Program-made: the position numbers and the translations under genes | The notes under the pieces: generated by a model | What the model was told of the DNA's origin: nothing | The model's database searches: none | Seen by the model: only the letters and a program-made list of their open reading frames with translations | Shown here: positions 18,526 through 27,562 of the stretch, piece after piece | Numbering within the stretch: the first letter of the stretch is position 1 | How the letters are laid out: each line of letters starts with the position of its first letter | IMG/VR virus record: IMGVR_UViG_2814123293_000008 | Location: 12,264-76,263 of that record | Direction: 5' to 3' (one strand) | From: a virus | Taxonomy: Duplodnaviria > Caudoviricetes | DNA length: 64,000 bases

Positions 18526-19121
18526 ATCCGCTCACCACATTTCGGGCAGAGGATAAACCTCTTAGCGGGCTCGGTGGAAGACGCCGTGCCGCTCTGTGCG
18601 GGTGCGACTTCCTCAGCCTGCGCCGCAGCAGCTTCTTCCCGGGCGGCGTATTTCTCGCGCGTCTCGGTGATGGCCGCAGCCTGCTCCGGCTCAATGGTGC
18701 CGTACTCAAGCAGGGCGTCGCTGGCTTCGTCAGCCTCCATCACCATCGCACGGAGAAGATCCTCTTCGTAGCCGGGAATGTCCAGGTCGTCTTTCAGGTC
18801 GAGGATAAAAGCGTCCAGCGCGGCCAAATCGTCAACACCCAGGTCAAAGACGCGGTTATCGGCCAGCATGAGCTTTTTCTTCTCTGCCTCAGTCAGCCCG
18901 GACACAACATAGCAGTCCGCTTCTGTGCGGCCGAGGGACAGCAGCGTTTCATACAAGCCGTTGCCGGCGAGAATAACGCCGTCCTCGTCGACCACGATGG
19001 GGCGGATCTGACCGAACATTTCGACAGAGCGTCGGAACTCCTTCAGCTGCTTGTCGGTGTGCATTCGGACATTCCGATCCGGTCGCCGCAGCTCGGTCAG
19101 AGGCTTCTTTATGACCTTCAT
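18516..19121 (-). CDS. ParB-like N-terminal domain protein with C-terminal CPKCG Zn-ribbon
   Basis: RNVRMH, FGQIRPIVVDE, ILAGNG, LADNR motifs. Confidence 0.85.
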   Translation of the reverse strand: MKVIKKPLTELRRPDRNVRMHTDKQLKEFRRSVEMFGQIRPIVVDEDGVILAGNGLYETLLSLGRTEADCYVVSGLTEAEKKKLMLADNRVFDLGVDDLAALDAFILDLKDDLDIPGYEEDLLRAMVMEADEASDALLEYGTIEPEQAAAITETREKYAAREEAAAAQAEEVAPAQSGTASSTEPAKRFILCPKCGERIWL

Positions 19122-19900
19122 GCCTGCACCCCCTTCAAGAAGGCGCGAGCGCTGTCGATCTTTTCAGCCGCCGCAAGGACGATGCTGTGGTCGATATCGT
19201 AGACCTCGTGCCAGCCGTTCTCGATGCTGCCCGTCCATTGGCGGGCGGGCCACGGGTGAGTGCCGCACAGATATCCGTTCTTCCAGCCGTAGATCGGCGG
19301 AAGCGGGAGCTGATGGTAGTGAATATAGGCAAGGATGTGCTCATGCTTCCACGCAGCGAGCGGGCTGAATCGCGTAACACCTTTGCCATCGGTATAGATA
19401 TTGCTGTTGCGACCGACATAATTGCCGTCCGCACGGCGGCGGCCGAGAATGATGACGTCCAGCTCGTGCGCCTTGAAGTATTCACGCTGCGCTCGGTGCT
19501 GCACGATAGAAAACCATCGTCCGGCCGCGGCGGAGCCCTTGGGGAAAAGCATCTCTTGATGCTTCGCCAGCCAGTCGATATCCTGATGCGTGTTGATGAC
19601 TTCACAGCCTGCCGGCTTATGCTCCTCGATCCACGCGGCAAAAGCGGGGTATTCCAGGTCGCACACGCCGATCATACTATCGGTGACGCCGGCCGCTTCA
19701 CAGAGTTTGCCAAGGACAATACTGTCCTTACCAGCGCTCCATGCGTAGGCAGCACACTTCCCAGCCGTCACGGCCTTGATGTCCGCCACGGTCGCGGCAG
19801 TAAGTTCGTCCAGCTCTGCGCGGGAAACGGCTTCTTCGATAGTTGCAACGGCATCCAGCCACGCGCCGTTGTCGATCCTCTGCTTCCTTCCGAGACTCAT
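19118..19900 (-). CDS. Second PAPS-reductase-fold PP-loop protein
   Basis: AWSAGKDS, LGRRRADG, SPLAAWKHEHILAYI motifs; ATG 19900 overlaps the symporter stop. Confidence 0.8.
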   Translation of the reverse strand: MSLGRKQRIDNGAWLDAVATIEEAVSRAELDELTAATVADIKAVTAGKCAAYAWSAGKDSIVLGKLCEAAGVTDSMIGVCDLEYPAFAAWIEEHKPAGCEVINTHQDIDWLAKHQEMLFPKGSAAAGRWFSIVQHRAQREYFKAHELDVIILGRRRADGNYVGRNSNIYTDGKGVTRFSPLAAWKHEHILAYIHYHQLPLPPIYGWKNGYLCGTHPWPARQWTGSIENGWHEVYDIDHSIVLAAAEKIDSARAFLKGVQA

Positions 19901-21279
19901 GCTCTCACCGCCTTTCTCGAGGCGATAACAGCGACAAGGCCGCTGGACAGGACGGTCGTCAGACTGCCTGCCGCTTTCACAGCCGGAATGCCGGCGAGAT
20001 TGCCGTAGGCGAAGATTGGAAGCCCGACACACAGCGCAGTCAGCACACCGGCAAAAACGCCCTTGCCCGTCAGCTTCTTACCGAGCAGCGTCATGACCGT
20101 CGGCAGCAGCGTCGAAGCGCGGAGCGTTCCGTAGAACAGAAACAGGTATGTCACCGTCAGGCCGGGAATGTTGGCGATGGCGATAGCCACGATCAGCAGG
20201 CAAAGCATGGTGCGGCGCGAAGTCTGCACCGTGTCCTTCCCAATGCCGAGCCAGTCTGTCGTGAGCGACGCTGCCGCGCAAAGGTTGCTATCTACCGTGG
20301 AGAGCAGGCCGGAGATAATCATAAACAGGAACGGGACCAGCACCCATGTCGGAAGCAGCGAGGAAACGAATTCAAAGTTGACCATGCCGGTGTCGCTGGC
20401 CACAAAGTCGGAGCCTGCGGCAAGGAAGCCCACCGTTCCCATACAGATCGGAACGAGCGCAAACAAAAGCGCACCGGCAAAAAACGATCTGCCGATGCGG
20501 TCGCGCCTGATTGCGAAAGCTCGCTGCCAGAAGCACTGATCCCCGAACGGGCCAGAGATCAGACCGACAGCCATCGGCAGACCGTAGCCCAGCAGGACCT
20601 CAATGCCCGTGGAGGAGATGAGCGAAGTATATTCTCCGGAGACAGCACCGAGCCCTGCCCGTACCGTGTCAAAGCCGCCGGTCATGCGAAGGCTCAGAAC
20701 GACCAGCAGAGCGCCACCCATGAGAATAATGCCCAGCTGGACGACATCGGTGATGATGGAGGCTTTCAGCCCGGAGAAGCGGGAGTAGGAATATGCGATA
20801 GCTGCCAGGGCGAGCGTCATGCTCCAGAATGGCAGCCCCGTAATGAGAGCCAGCGTCTTTCCCCCGGCGAGCAGCTGCACCGCCGTTGAAAGAACGGCCA
20901 GCGCGCCGAGCTGGAAGGAGTAGACGCCCTTGACCTTGCCGGAGTGATAGCGCTCCGCCATGTAGCCGGTCAAGGTGATGCCCTCCGGGTACTGCGCCCG
21001 GATCCTTTTTGCAAAGGGGATAAACAGGATCAGGCACAGCACATTCGGTACCGTAAACCAGAACATCCCCGGGATGCCGCGCGTATAGGCCATCTCCGAG
21101 GAAGTGAACAGTGAGGGAGCCCAAATCCAAGTGGCGGCGATGCTCATGGCGGCAATCGCCGAGCCGATGCGCCGGTCCGCCACATGGAAGCCCTCTGCGT
21201 CGGTCGTCTTTCGGGTGAACATCAGCGTGACACCGATCATCAGCACCGCATAGACGGCCAGAATGACAATTCCGAACAT
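19897..21279 (-). CDS. Sodium:solute symporter (DUR3-like)
   Basis: 460 aa with many TM segments; SIAATWIWAPSL, GLKASIITD, DQCFWQRAFA, LSTVDSNL motifs. Confidence 0.88.
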   Translation of the reverse strand: MFGIVILAVYAVLMIGVTLMFTRKTTDAEGFHVADRRIGSAIAAMSIAATWIWAPSLFTSSEMAYTRGIPGMFWFTVPNVLCLILFIPFAKRIRAQYPEGITLTGYMAERYHSGKVKGVYSFQLGALAVLSTAVQLLAGGKTLALITGLPFWSMTLALAAIAYSYSRFSGLKASIITDVVQLGIILMGGALLVVLSLRMTGGFDTVRAGLGAVSGEYTSLISSTGIEVLLGYGLPMAVGLISGPFGDQCFWQRAFAIRRDRIGRSFFAGALLFALVPICMGTVGFLAAGSDFVASDTGMVNFEFVSSLLPTWVLVPFLFMIISGLLSTVDSNLCAAASLTTDWLGIGKDTVQTSRRTMLCLLIVAIAIANIPGLTVTYLFLFYGTLRASTLLPTVMTLLGKKLTGKGVFAGVLTALCVGLPIFAYGNLAGIPAVKAAGSLTTVLSSGLVAVIASRKAVRA

Positions 21280-21284
21280 TTTGG

Positions 21285-21440
21285 AAATCTCCTTTTATGA
21301 TGTCACCGCTGCCCTCTGCTGGCGAACATCGGACCCGGCGCATGACCGGCGCGCAAGGAGTAACGCGCAGGCCTCAACCTCCTTCCCAAACGAATGACGG
21401 CCACCCCGCGAGGGATGGCCGCCTGGCTTATGTAGGATTT
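21285..21440 (-). promoter_or_regulatory. Structured 5' leader of the symporter operon (candidate cis-regulatory RNA)
   Basis: Four stem-loops; one loop carries an anti-SD sequence CUCCUU. Confidence 0.45.
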
Positions 21441-21509
21441 TACGAGTCTAATCCTAATACATGGTGCGGGGAATATCAAGAAACGAGTTGCAACAGCGAA
21501 GAACAGCTT

Positions 21510-21902
21510 TTAACTACCGAGGTAGCGGTAACACACCATCTTTACCGAATCCTCCGAATTGCGGCCTCCTATGACCGCTGCGACCTCTTTCCATGCGAGC
21601 CCTCTCAGGAAGCGCAGCCGGAAGATCAGGCGCGTCTGGTCATCGTCGATGCCTTGAATGAACGGCATGATCTGTCCCTCGCTGGCCTTGACCTCTTCCT
21701 CCAGAAAGCCGACACGCGCATCCATATCCACAATCTCAGCTGCGAGGTCGCCGACCTTATCCTTTATGCCGGGAGTATGCGGCATACCTGTGAGGGCAGC
21801 CGCGCCGGGGCAAGCCGCGTCACGCAAGGACTGTAGCATCTCCCTTGCCCTTGCCAGTTTCTCTATCAGCTCAAAATGCTGATTCAATTCCGAAAGCGTC
21901 GT
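21510..21902 (-). CDS. Late transcriptional activator (ArpU/RinA/DUF1492-like)
   Basis: DDQTRLIFRLRFLRGLAWKEVA C-terminal HTH; last early gene; start probably non-canonical (ACG 21902 or ATT 21905) or TTG 21887. Confidence 0.75.
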   Translation of the reverse strand, partial: TTLSELNQHFELIEKLARAREMLQSLRDAACPGAAALTGMPHTPGIKDKVGDLAAEIVDMDARVGFLEEEVKASEGQIMPFIQGIDDDQTRLIFRLRFLRGLAWKEVAAVIGGRNSEDSVKMVCYRYLGS

Positions 21903-21924
21903 AATAGCTCACCCCAATCTGTTC

Positions 21925-22113
21925 TTACTTCCTCTTGCCGCCCTGTCGGCTGACAGTCTCTCCAATCTGCATTTGCCGGTATGATGGCTGCACTACCTCT
22001 ACCGACACCACACGGGTATCTCCGTACCGCTCCAAATCCTGAGCAATCTGCTCCTTTATGCCAATGGCCTGCCCCGCCGGGGCGTTCACATGAACGGTGA
22101 TGACGAGCATCAT
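21925..22113 (-). CDS. Hypothetical protein
   Basis: Coupled ORF in the early operon. Confidence 0.6.
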   Translation of the reverse strand: MMLVITVHVNAPAGQAIGIKEQIAQDLERYGDTRVVSVEVVQPSYRQMQIGETVSRQGGKRK

Positions 22114-22811
22114 CGCACCGTCTGATAGGCGCGAGCTTTCTTGTTATAGGCCAGATCGACCGGCGCGCCGCAGGAAAGGCAGCTGTAGGTGAAGACGTCC
22201 CCCTCGAAATTCGTCCGGTATTTGAAGTGCTTTCCGCACTTGCAGCGGATGTGCGCCGACGTGAGATCGTGCAGCGGCGTCTCTCCGTTGCAGGTTGCGC
22301 ACCGATAGGACGAGATAGGCTGTTTTGCGTAAAAGCCGCGCAGCTCGCCGCATTGTGCGCACCGAATAAGCAGAAATCCCTTGTATGTCTTCGGCGTGGT
22401 CTCCTCGGCTTCCGCTCTATCAGGGATAGCCCAGGCCTCTTTCGGCCCGAACATAGTCTCCGCGCGGCTGGGCTTTGCACGAAGCAAAGTCGGCTCTGCC
22501 TTGTGTATCTCCGGCAGGGAGGCCTTCGTTGCAGCCCCGCGCCACACAGGGCGGCAGTCTATGCCATTCCCGAGGCGGCAATGCCATCTGTTCGCGCCGC
22601 TGAATTCCTCTTTCTCTCCATGCTCGCAGTATTCGCAGTTGCCGTTCAGCCAAAGCAGAGCGGCAATATCGGTCGCGGCGGCGTTGATCGCCTCCTCCGC
22701 TCCCGCAAACTCCTGCACCAAGTCAAAAAGACGGCTGTAATCGTCATACTGAATACGCCCGTTCTCATTCAGCTCATTGATAAAATCGAGCAGGTTTTCA
22801 AATCGTTCCAT
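22110..22811 (-). CDS. Hypothetical Cys-rich (Zn-binding) protein
   Basis: Multiple CxxC motifs; RBS; coupled to neighbouring ORFs. Confidence 0.7.
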   Translation of the reverse strand: MERFENLLDFINELNENGRIQYDDYSRLFDLVQEFAGAEEAINAAATDIAALLWLNGNCEYCEHGEKEEFSGANRWHCRLGNGIDCRPVWRGAATKASLPEIHKAEPTLLRAKPSRAETMFGPKEAWAIPDRAEAEETTPKTYKGFLLIRCAQCGELRGFYAKQPISSYRCATCNGETPLHDLTSAHIRCKCGKHFKYRTNFEGDVFTYSCLSCGAPVDLAYNKKARAYQTVR

Positions 22812-22823
22812 AGAAGCTCCTTT

Positions 22824-23228
22824 TCATTCCATCGCCACGCAACCACAGACTGTACATTGACCGTGAAAGTGTCCGTTGCTGCGCGCCCTTGCTCCGACCA
22901 TCGTGCTCTTTCCTCCGCAGGAGGGGCAGTCCATGCGAACTTCCTCCGGCGGCTTGCTCCATTCCTCCGTAAGCGCGTCGGGCAGAAACCTTTGACCGCA
23001 GAAGACACACCGCTCCAAGCTGTACGGCATATTCCCGCAGGAGGGGCATTCGGGATATCTGCCGCTCCAATAATCCTCAGCCCAGCGAATATGTACCGGC
23101 TCAGCCTTGCCGTTTTCCTTATCATCGGCGGCGGGCTGGTGTTCGCAGGTATCGCAGTAAAACTCCTTCTTGCAGACCAAGCCCTTATCCCAATGGCAGT
23201 ACATAGTGAGATCTCCGGTATCAATCAT
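22824..23228 (-). CDS. Hypothetical Zn-ribbon protein
   Basis: CPSCG twice, plus further CxxC motifs. Confidence 0.65.
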   Translation of the reverse strand: MIDTGDLTMYCHWDKGLVCKKEFYCDTCEHQPAADDKENGKAEPVHIRWAEDYWSGRYPECPSCGNMPYSLERCVFCGQRFLPDALTEEWSKPPEEVRMDCPSCGGKSTMVGARARSNGHFHGQCTVCGCVAME

Positions 23229-23640
23229 TTTTGTCGTCCTCCTTCGGCGGCGCAGGCAGCGGCATCCAATAGACAACTGCAACATCGCTTCTATCTCCGA
23301 TACCGACATGGACGCTCCATTCCGCCCTTTCGGGAGCGCACCAGCCCATATAGACGCCCCATCTTTCGTTCCAATACGCGACAACGAGGACATTGCTACG
23401 ATCTTCCGGTAACCTCTCTTTTACAGATACCCATTTTGGCATCCGTTTTGTCGCAGCATTCAGCTTCAATTCGAGCCGGCCGGAATAGCGCTTGCTATCC
23501 TCGAACATCATCCCCATCTTTACGATTTCGTCCGGCATCAACTCTGTTGCTTCGTAAGAAGCCAGCCGCGCCAGCGCGACCTCATATCCGCGGCGGCAGT
23601 AAAGCCGCCCATCCTCGTCATACCATGTCAGCTTATCCAT
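23221..23640 (-). CDS. DUF551-like protein
   Basis: WVSVKERLPE...VVYWMPLPAPP motif. Confidence 0.8.
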   Translation of the reverse strand: MDKLTWYDEDGRLYCRRGYEVALARLASYEATELMPDEIVKMGMMFEDSKRYSGRLELKLNAATKRMPKWVSVKERLPEDRSNVLVVAYWNERWGVYMGWCAPERAEWSVHVGIGDRSDVAVVYWMPLPAPPKEDDKND

Positions 23641-23902
23641 TGCGTTCCTCCCTCGATTTGAAGTTGCCTGCCGCCCGGCAGCTCCCCCAGTGGGGAGCGA
23701 AGCCGGTGCCGGTGGCCTTGTGCGGATCTTCCGTATACTCGCAGGAAATGACCTCGCCGTTGGGCGTGACGATCTTTTTACTGCCGGAACGGGGCTTTTC
23801 GATGTAATAGCGCGGGGTGGCGTCACACGGCATGGACTTCCCGCCGGGTGTTCTGATCCAGACGATAGCCGCGCCGCAGCCTTTGCAGGTAGATGCTCTC
23901 AT
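23633..23902 (-). CDS. Hypothetical phage protein
   Basis: CKGCGAAIVWI...GKSMPCD...HWGSC pattern. Confidence 0.7.
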   Translation of the reverse strand: MRASTCKGCGAAIVWIRTPGGKSMPCDATPRYYIEKPRSGSKKIVTPNGEVISCEYTEDPHKATGTGFAPHWGSCRAAGNFKSREERNG

Positions 23903-25272
23903 TCGTCGGTCACCTCCCCGAAAAGCTCATGTGTTCCGTCCTGGAGAGCCTTTTCATCGTCGGACATCTCGTAGCCCAGCTTGACGAGCAACGCATAGAT
24001 GCGGTCCAGCTTCTCGTTTTCCTCGTGCTTCATGGTGTAGCTGTTCCAGTAGCTGCGGAAATAGCCCTCGGATTTGCCATCACCCAGGCGCGCATAGATC
24101 ATTCGCAGGAGCGCCTTTTCGGGCGTCTTGCCGATTGCGTCGGTCACGGCCTGGAGCGTAAATGCGGCATCGTCCTCACCGTCCTCGTCATCTTCGGCAA
24201 GGGTCTCGGCGCCAGTAGCCTGCGCGATCTCCTCTTCGGTGAGCCAACCGGTATCGTCCCAGTATTCGGCGTAGGCCCACAGCGCCACGATGTCCGCAAG
24301 GCGCTTTTTGATGGCGGTTGTGGAAACGGTAGCCACGAAGTCGGCGCGAAGCTCGTAGGCGCGGGCGGTTGCTTCGGACAGCGCCTTTTCTGCGGCGTCC
24401 TTTCGCTCCTGCTTCAGCTGCTCCTCGCGCCCTTTCGCTTCTTCCTCCGGGGTAAGGGCGGTGGGCTCATCCTTGACCATCAGCACAATATAACCCCATG
24501 TTTCGACGAAGAAGAAATACTCAATGGTATCGGCATCCTCCGGGCGATCCACTTTGACTTCTCCGTTGGTGTAGAAGCTATTGACTCTCTTATAGCCGGT
24601 CTTGTCGGTAATCTGCGTCGCAAAGGTACTCAGCTGCTCTACCCATAGGGCTTTGCGCGCCTCTGCTGCTTCATCATTGATGGCTTGTTTCAGCTTGTAC
24701 TTGAAGTTCTCGGTGCCGATGTAATCAAGCATTTCATTCTTACGCTCCGGACTTTTCAGCTTGTCCAGCTCCATGTACTCGAAAAGGCTGACGCCGCGCT
24801 CCTCGGACTTCTTGAATTTGTCCTTATCCAGCTCCAGGAGCTTCACACGGCGCCGGACGGTGGTGGCGGAAAAACCGGACTTTTCCGCGATGTCCTCGAC
24901 GGTATCGCCCATGTCAAGCATCATCTGGAAGCCCTGCGCCTGCTCATAGACCGTCAGATCGGACCGCTGCATATTCTCCGTGAGCATCGTACTCAGCTGC
25001 TCCCGCTCCGACATCTCGACCACGACGCAGGGAAGCTCCTCCAAACCAGCCAGCTTTGCGGCCGCAAGACGGCGGTGGCCGATGATGACGCGGTAGCTTT
25101 CTCCGTCCCACTTCTTTGTGATTTCCCCGATCAGCGGAACAACGGTGAGGTTTTGGAGTACGCCGTTGACCTTGATGCTCTCAGCCAGCTCGGTCACATC
25201 GCCCAGGTCCTTACGGGGGTTATCGGGATGCCCCCACAGTTTACTGACCGGAATGTACTTGATTTCTGCCAT
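23899..25272 (-). CDS. ParB/RepB/Spo0J-family protein
   Basis: HPDNPRKDLGD, GVLQNL, IIGHRR, ENMQRSDL motifs. Confidence 0.9.
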   Translation of the reverse strand: MAEIKYIPVSKLWGHPDNPRKDLGDVTELAESIKVNGVLQNLTVVPLIGEITKKWDGESYRVIIGHRRLAAAKLAGLEELPCVVVEMSEREQLSTMLTENMQRSDLTVYEQAQGFQMMLDMGDTVEDIAEKSGFSATTVRRRVKLLELDKDKFKKSEERGVSLFEYMELDKLKSPERKNEMLDYIGTENFKYKLKQAINDEAAEARKALWVEQLSTFATQITDKTGYKRVNSFYTNGEVKVDRPEDADTIEYFFFVETWGYIVLMVKDEPTALTPEEEAKGREEQLKQERKDAAEKALSEATARAYELRADFVATVSTTAIKKRLADIVALWAYAEYWDDTGWLTEEEIAQATGAETLAEDDEDGEDDAAFTLQAVTDAIGKTPEKALLRMIYARLGDGKSEGYFRSYWNSYTMKHEENEKLDRIYALLVKLGYEMSDDEKALQDGTHELFGEVTDE

Positions 25273-25322
25273 AAAACGCTCCTTTCTTATGCCGAGCTTT
25301 GCCCCTCGGCTGGGACAGCTTA

Positions 25323-26507
25323 TTATTTTCGGCTCATGCCGTTCACGCGGCACCAGTGCCGCTGGGCCTGCTTCTTCCTCGCGGTGCGGCAGGCCAAGCA
25401 GAAGCGATTTTCCTTGCGCTCATAGAAGGTAGCCCCGCAGCGGGCGCAGTATTGCGGGGGTATGCGGCGGAACTCTGTGCAGGAATCGCAGTCCTTGCAC
25501 CCGGCGGCGCATCCGTCGAAGTCATCCCAGTTCATGCACATAAACCGCTGCCAGTAGGGGTCATACCCGAGGTCGTTCATCCTCTTGCGGAGCAGTGCCG
25601 CCAGCGTGGAGAGGTCGCGCCGGACCTGCTGTCTGGTGCGCGAGATATAGAAGCTGTGCTTGACGTCCATCTCCGGGGCTCCGGATCCCCAGGGTCCGTC
25701 GCCGAGCATTTCACGCACCTTGTCCATGTTTTCGGTCAGGTAGTCGTTGTAGACCTTGGAGCGGACACATTTCTCCGACCGGCCTACGGCCTTCCCGATG
25801 GCGGCGTAGCTGTCGCCATTGCGAATACCGTCAACCAGTGCCTCAAAGTCCTCCGGTGACCATGTCCCACGCTTCCCGGTCAACTCCATAGCCACAGGCC
25901 GGTCTTTGATACCAAGGTCGCGGCAACGGCGGGAAATCGCTCCATGGGAGCGGTGCATCATGTCGGAAATTTCGGCCCACGAATACTTGTGCAGGCTGAC
26001 CAGCATTTTTAGGCGGGAGTCCTCTGTCGGTGTCCATGCGTCCTTTCTCTGAAGCGCATAGGCCTCATAATCTTTTCGGCGCTGCCCCGGCAGCCAGTCT
26101 GGTTCCTCCCCCAGTGCCAGGGGCTCCATTTTGGAGAAATCCAGGAAAGAGCGGTTTTTCTCGGCCCACGCCCAGAATTCACCCAGGTAGACCACACGGA
26201 TCGTCGATGCTCCCCGCCGCTTGTAGTGCAGGGGGAAGCCCCGGTTTTCCACCCAGCTTTTCATGAAATACTTATCCGATGATGCCCCGAAGCCAAGTGC
26301 GCGTGACAGTTGGTGCAGGGTGATGTATTCTCCACTCTCCAGGTAGGGCGGAAGCCCCAGCCGGTTTACCCTTACCATGATAGCGTTTTTTGTGCGGTTC
26401 AAGTGGCGGCAGATTCCATCGACCGTCACGGTACCCCAGCTCTCCCGGAGGTAGTTTTCTTCCTCCGCCGTCCATGTCCTTTTCCCAAGCGGCGGCGATA
26501 CGCGCAT
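25323..26507 (-). CDS. Protein with three Myb/SANT-like HTH repeats and a Cys-rich C-terminus
   Basis: WTAEEENYL, WTPTEDSRL, WSPEDFEAL repeats; C-terminal CxxC clusters. Confidence 0.7.
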   Translation of the reverse strand: MRVSPPLGKRTWTAEEENYLRESWGTVTVDGICRHLNRTKNAIMVRVNRLGLPPYLESGEYITLHQLSRALGFGASSDKYFMKSWVENRGFPLHYKRRGASTIRVVYLGEFWAWAEKNRSFLDFSKMEPLALGEEPDWLPGQRRKDYEAYALQRKDAWTPTEDSRLKMLVSLHKYSWAEISDMMHRSHGAISRRCRDLGIKDRPVAMELTGKRGTWSPEDFEALVDGIRNGDSYAAIGKAVGRSEKCVRSKVYNDYLTENMDKVREMLGDGPWGSGAPEMDVKHSFYISRTRQQVRRDLSTLAALLRKRMNDLGYDPYWQRFMCMNWDDFDGCAAGCKDCDSCTEFRRIPPQYCARCGATFYERKENRFCLACRTARKKQAQRHWCRVNGMSRK

Positions 26508-26521
26508 TTTCTCCCCTCCCA

Positions 26522-27382
26522 TCAAAACAGTGTCAGCTGGCCGCCCTTGCCCTCGGACAATGTAGGCCCATTTGTGCCTGGCGGCTCCGGGGCCAGCGTT
26601 TCCGCCTGGCCTTTCGGAGCCGCCGTGAACAATACGCGATCCATCTGCACCCACAGCCGGCGCCAGTGCCAAACGTCCCGGAAGTACATGGGCGTGTACC
26701 AGACGTTTGGTCCGTCGCGAGGAATGAGCCCATGAGGATCAATCCCTGTTATGGGGTGGGAGATACTGTCGTCTATGACCACATACCCAGGGCAGCCCAT
26801 GAGGCTCAGCTGGATATAGCACATCATCCCTGCCAGGAAGTCGATGTCTTGGGCCACGAACAGCACCGACGTCTGGAAGTTGATGTCGTGGCCAGGGCGG
26901 CGGCACTCGTTTGCAAAGGCAATCAGCAGGGCCCCTGCTCCGCAGGCCGGGTCGTTAACGGCCACCCATCCCCTTTGTTCGATACGCGCCTTGAGATCGT
27001 CGCCGTAGGTCATGCCGGACATCGCCCGGCACACGGAGTACGGGGTGAAGAACTGCCCCTTCCACTTGTTGCTGAGGTCGAGGGCCATAAACAGCTCCCC
27101 GAGGAGGTCTTGATCGGGCTCTCGCTCCATTTCCATAGCCACCTCCGCCAGCATCTGTGCGAATACCTCCAGCTCCTTCCGGGAGTACCGGGAAGCGTGC
27201 TCCATGTACTCGCGCTCACGGGCCTCCCGGTGAGGGCCGCTCAGGACGTTCGCGATGCTGATGGCGGACATGATGATGAAGTCCTGCCACACTTCCCACC
27301 TGGAGTAGTGGCCGCACAAGCCGTCCAGCAACTTGACGATATTCTTTTGGCACTCACCACGGAGACGGATGGCCTTTCCCAT
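26522..27382 (-). CDS. N6-adenine methyltransferase-like protein (HsdM-like, apparently truncated)
   Basis: GQFFTPYSV and DPACGAGALL motifs; no NPP(F/Y) motif visible. Confidence 0.75.
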   Translation of the reverse strand: MGKAIRLRGECQKNIVKLLDGLCGHYSRWEVWQDFIIMSAISIANVLSGPHREAREREYMEHASRYSRKELEVFAQMLAEVAMEMEREPDQDLLGELFMALDLSNKWKGQFFTPYSVCRAMSGMTYGDDLKARIEQRGWVAVNDPACGAGALLIAFANECRRPGHDINFQTSVLFVAQDIDFLAGMMCYIQLSLMGCPGYVVIDDSISHPITGIDPHGLIPRDGPNVWYTPMYFRDVWHWRRLWVQMDRVLFTAAPKGQAETLAPEPPGTNGPTLSEGKGGQLTLF

Positions 27383-27385
27383 GAC

Positions 27386-27562
27386 TTATCCCTCCGCTTC
27401 CGGCGCGCCGTCGGCGGCCTTCGCCTGGATGGCAGCCTTGGTCTTGGCGATGACAGACTTGACGCCCGCATCGAAGCCGCGCTGGTAGACTGTCTGGAGA
27501 TATTTCTCCATCTGGGTCTTATCCATGTGTTTTACGGCCTTGTAGTCCTCACGCCTCATCAT
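27386..27562 (-). CDS. Small hypothetical protein
   Basis: Coupled ORF (MMRREDYKAVK...). Confidence 0.6.
   Translation of the reverse strand: MMRREDYKAVKHMDKTQMEKYLQTVYQRGFDAGVKSVIAKTKAAIQAKAADGAPEAEG

Noticed and set aside
17371-19900. cysH-type auxiliary metabolic genes for sulfate assimilation
   Set aside because: No CC/CxxC Fe-S or C-terminal ECG(L/I)H motif of true APS/PAPS reductases, no other cys genes, and the ParB pairing points to a different role
21285-21440. Known riboswitch (SAM, preQ1, guanidine) upstream of the symporter
   Set aside because: No consensus motif I recall matches; kept only as an unassigned structured leader
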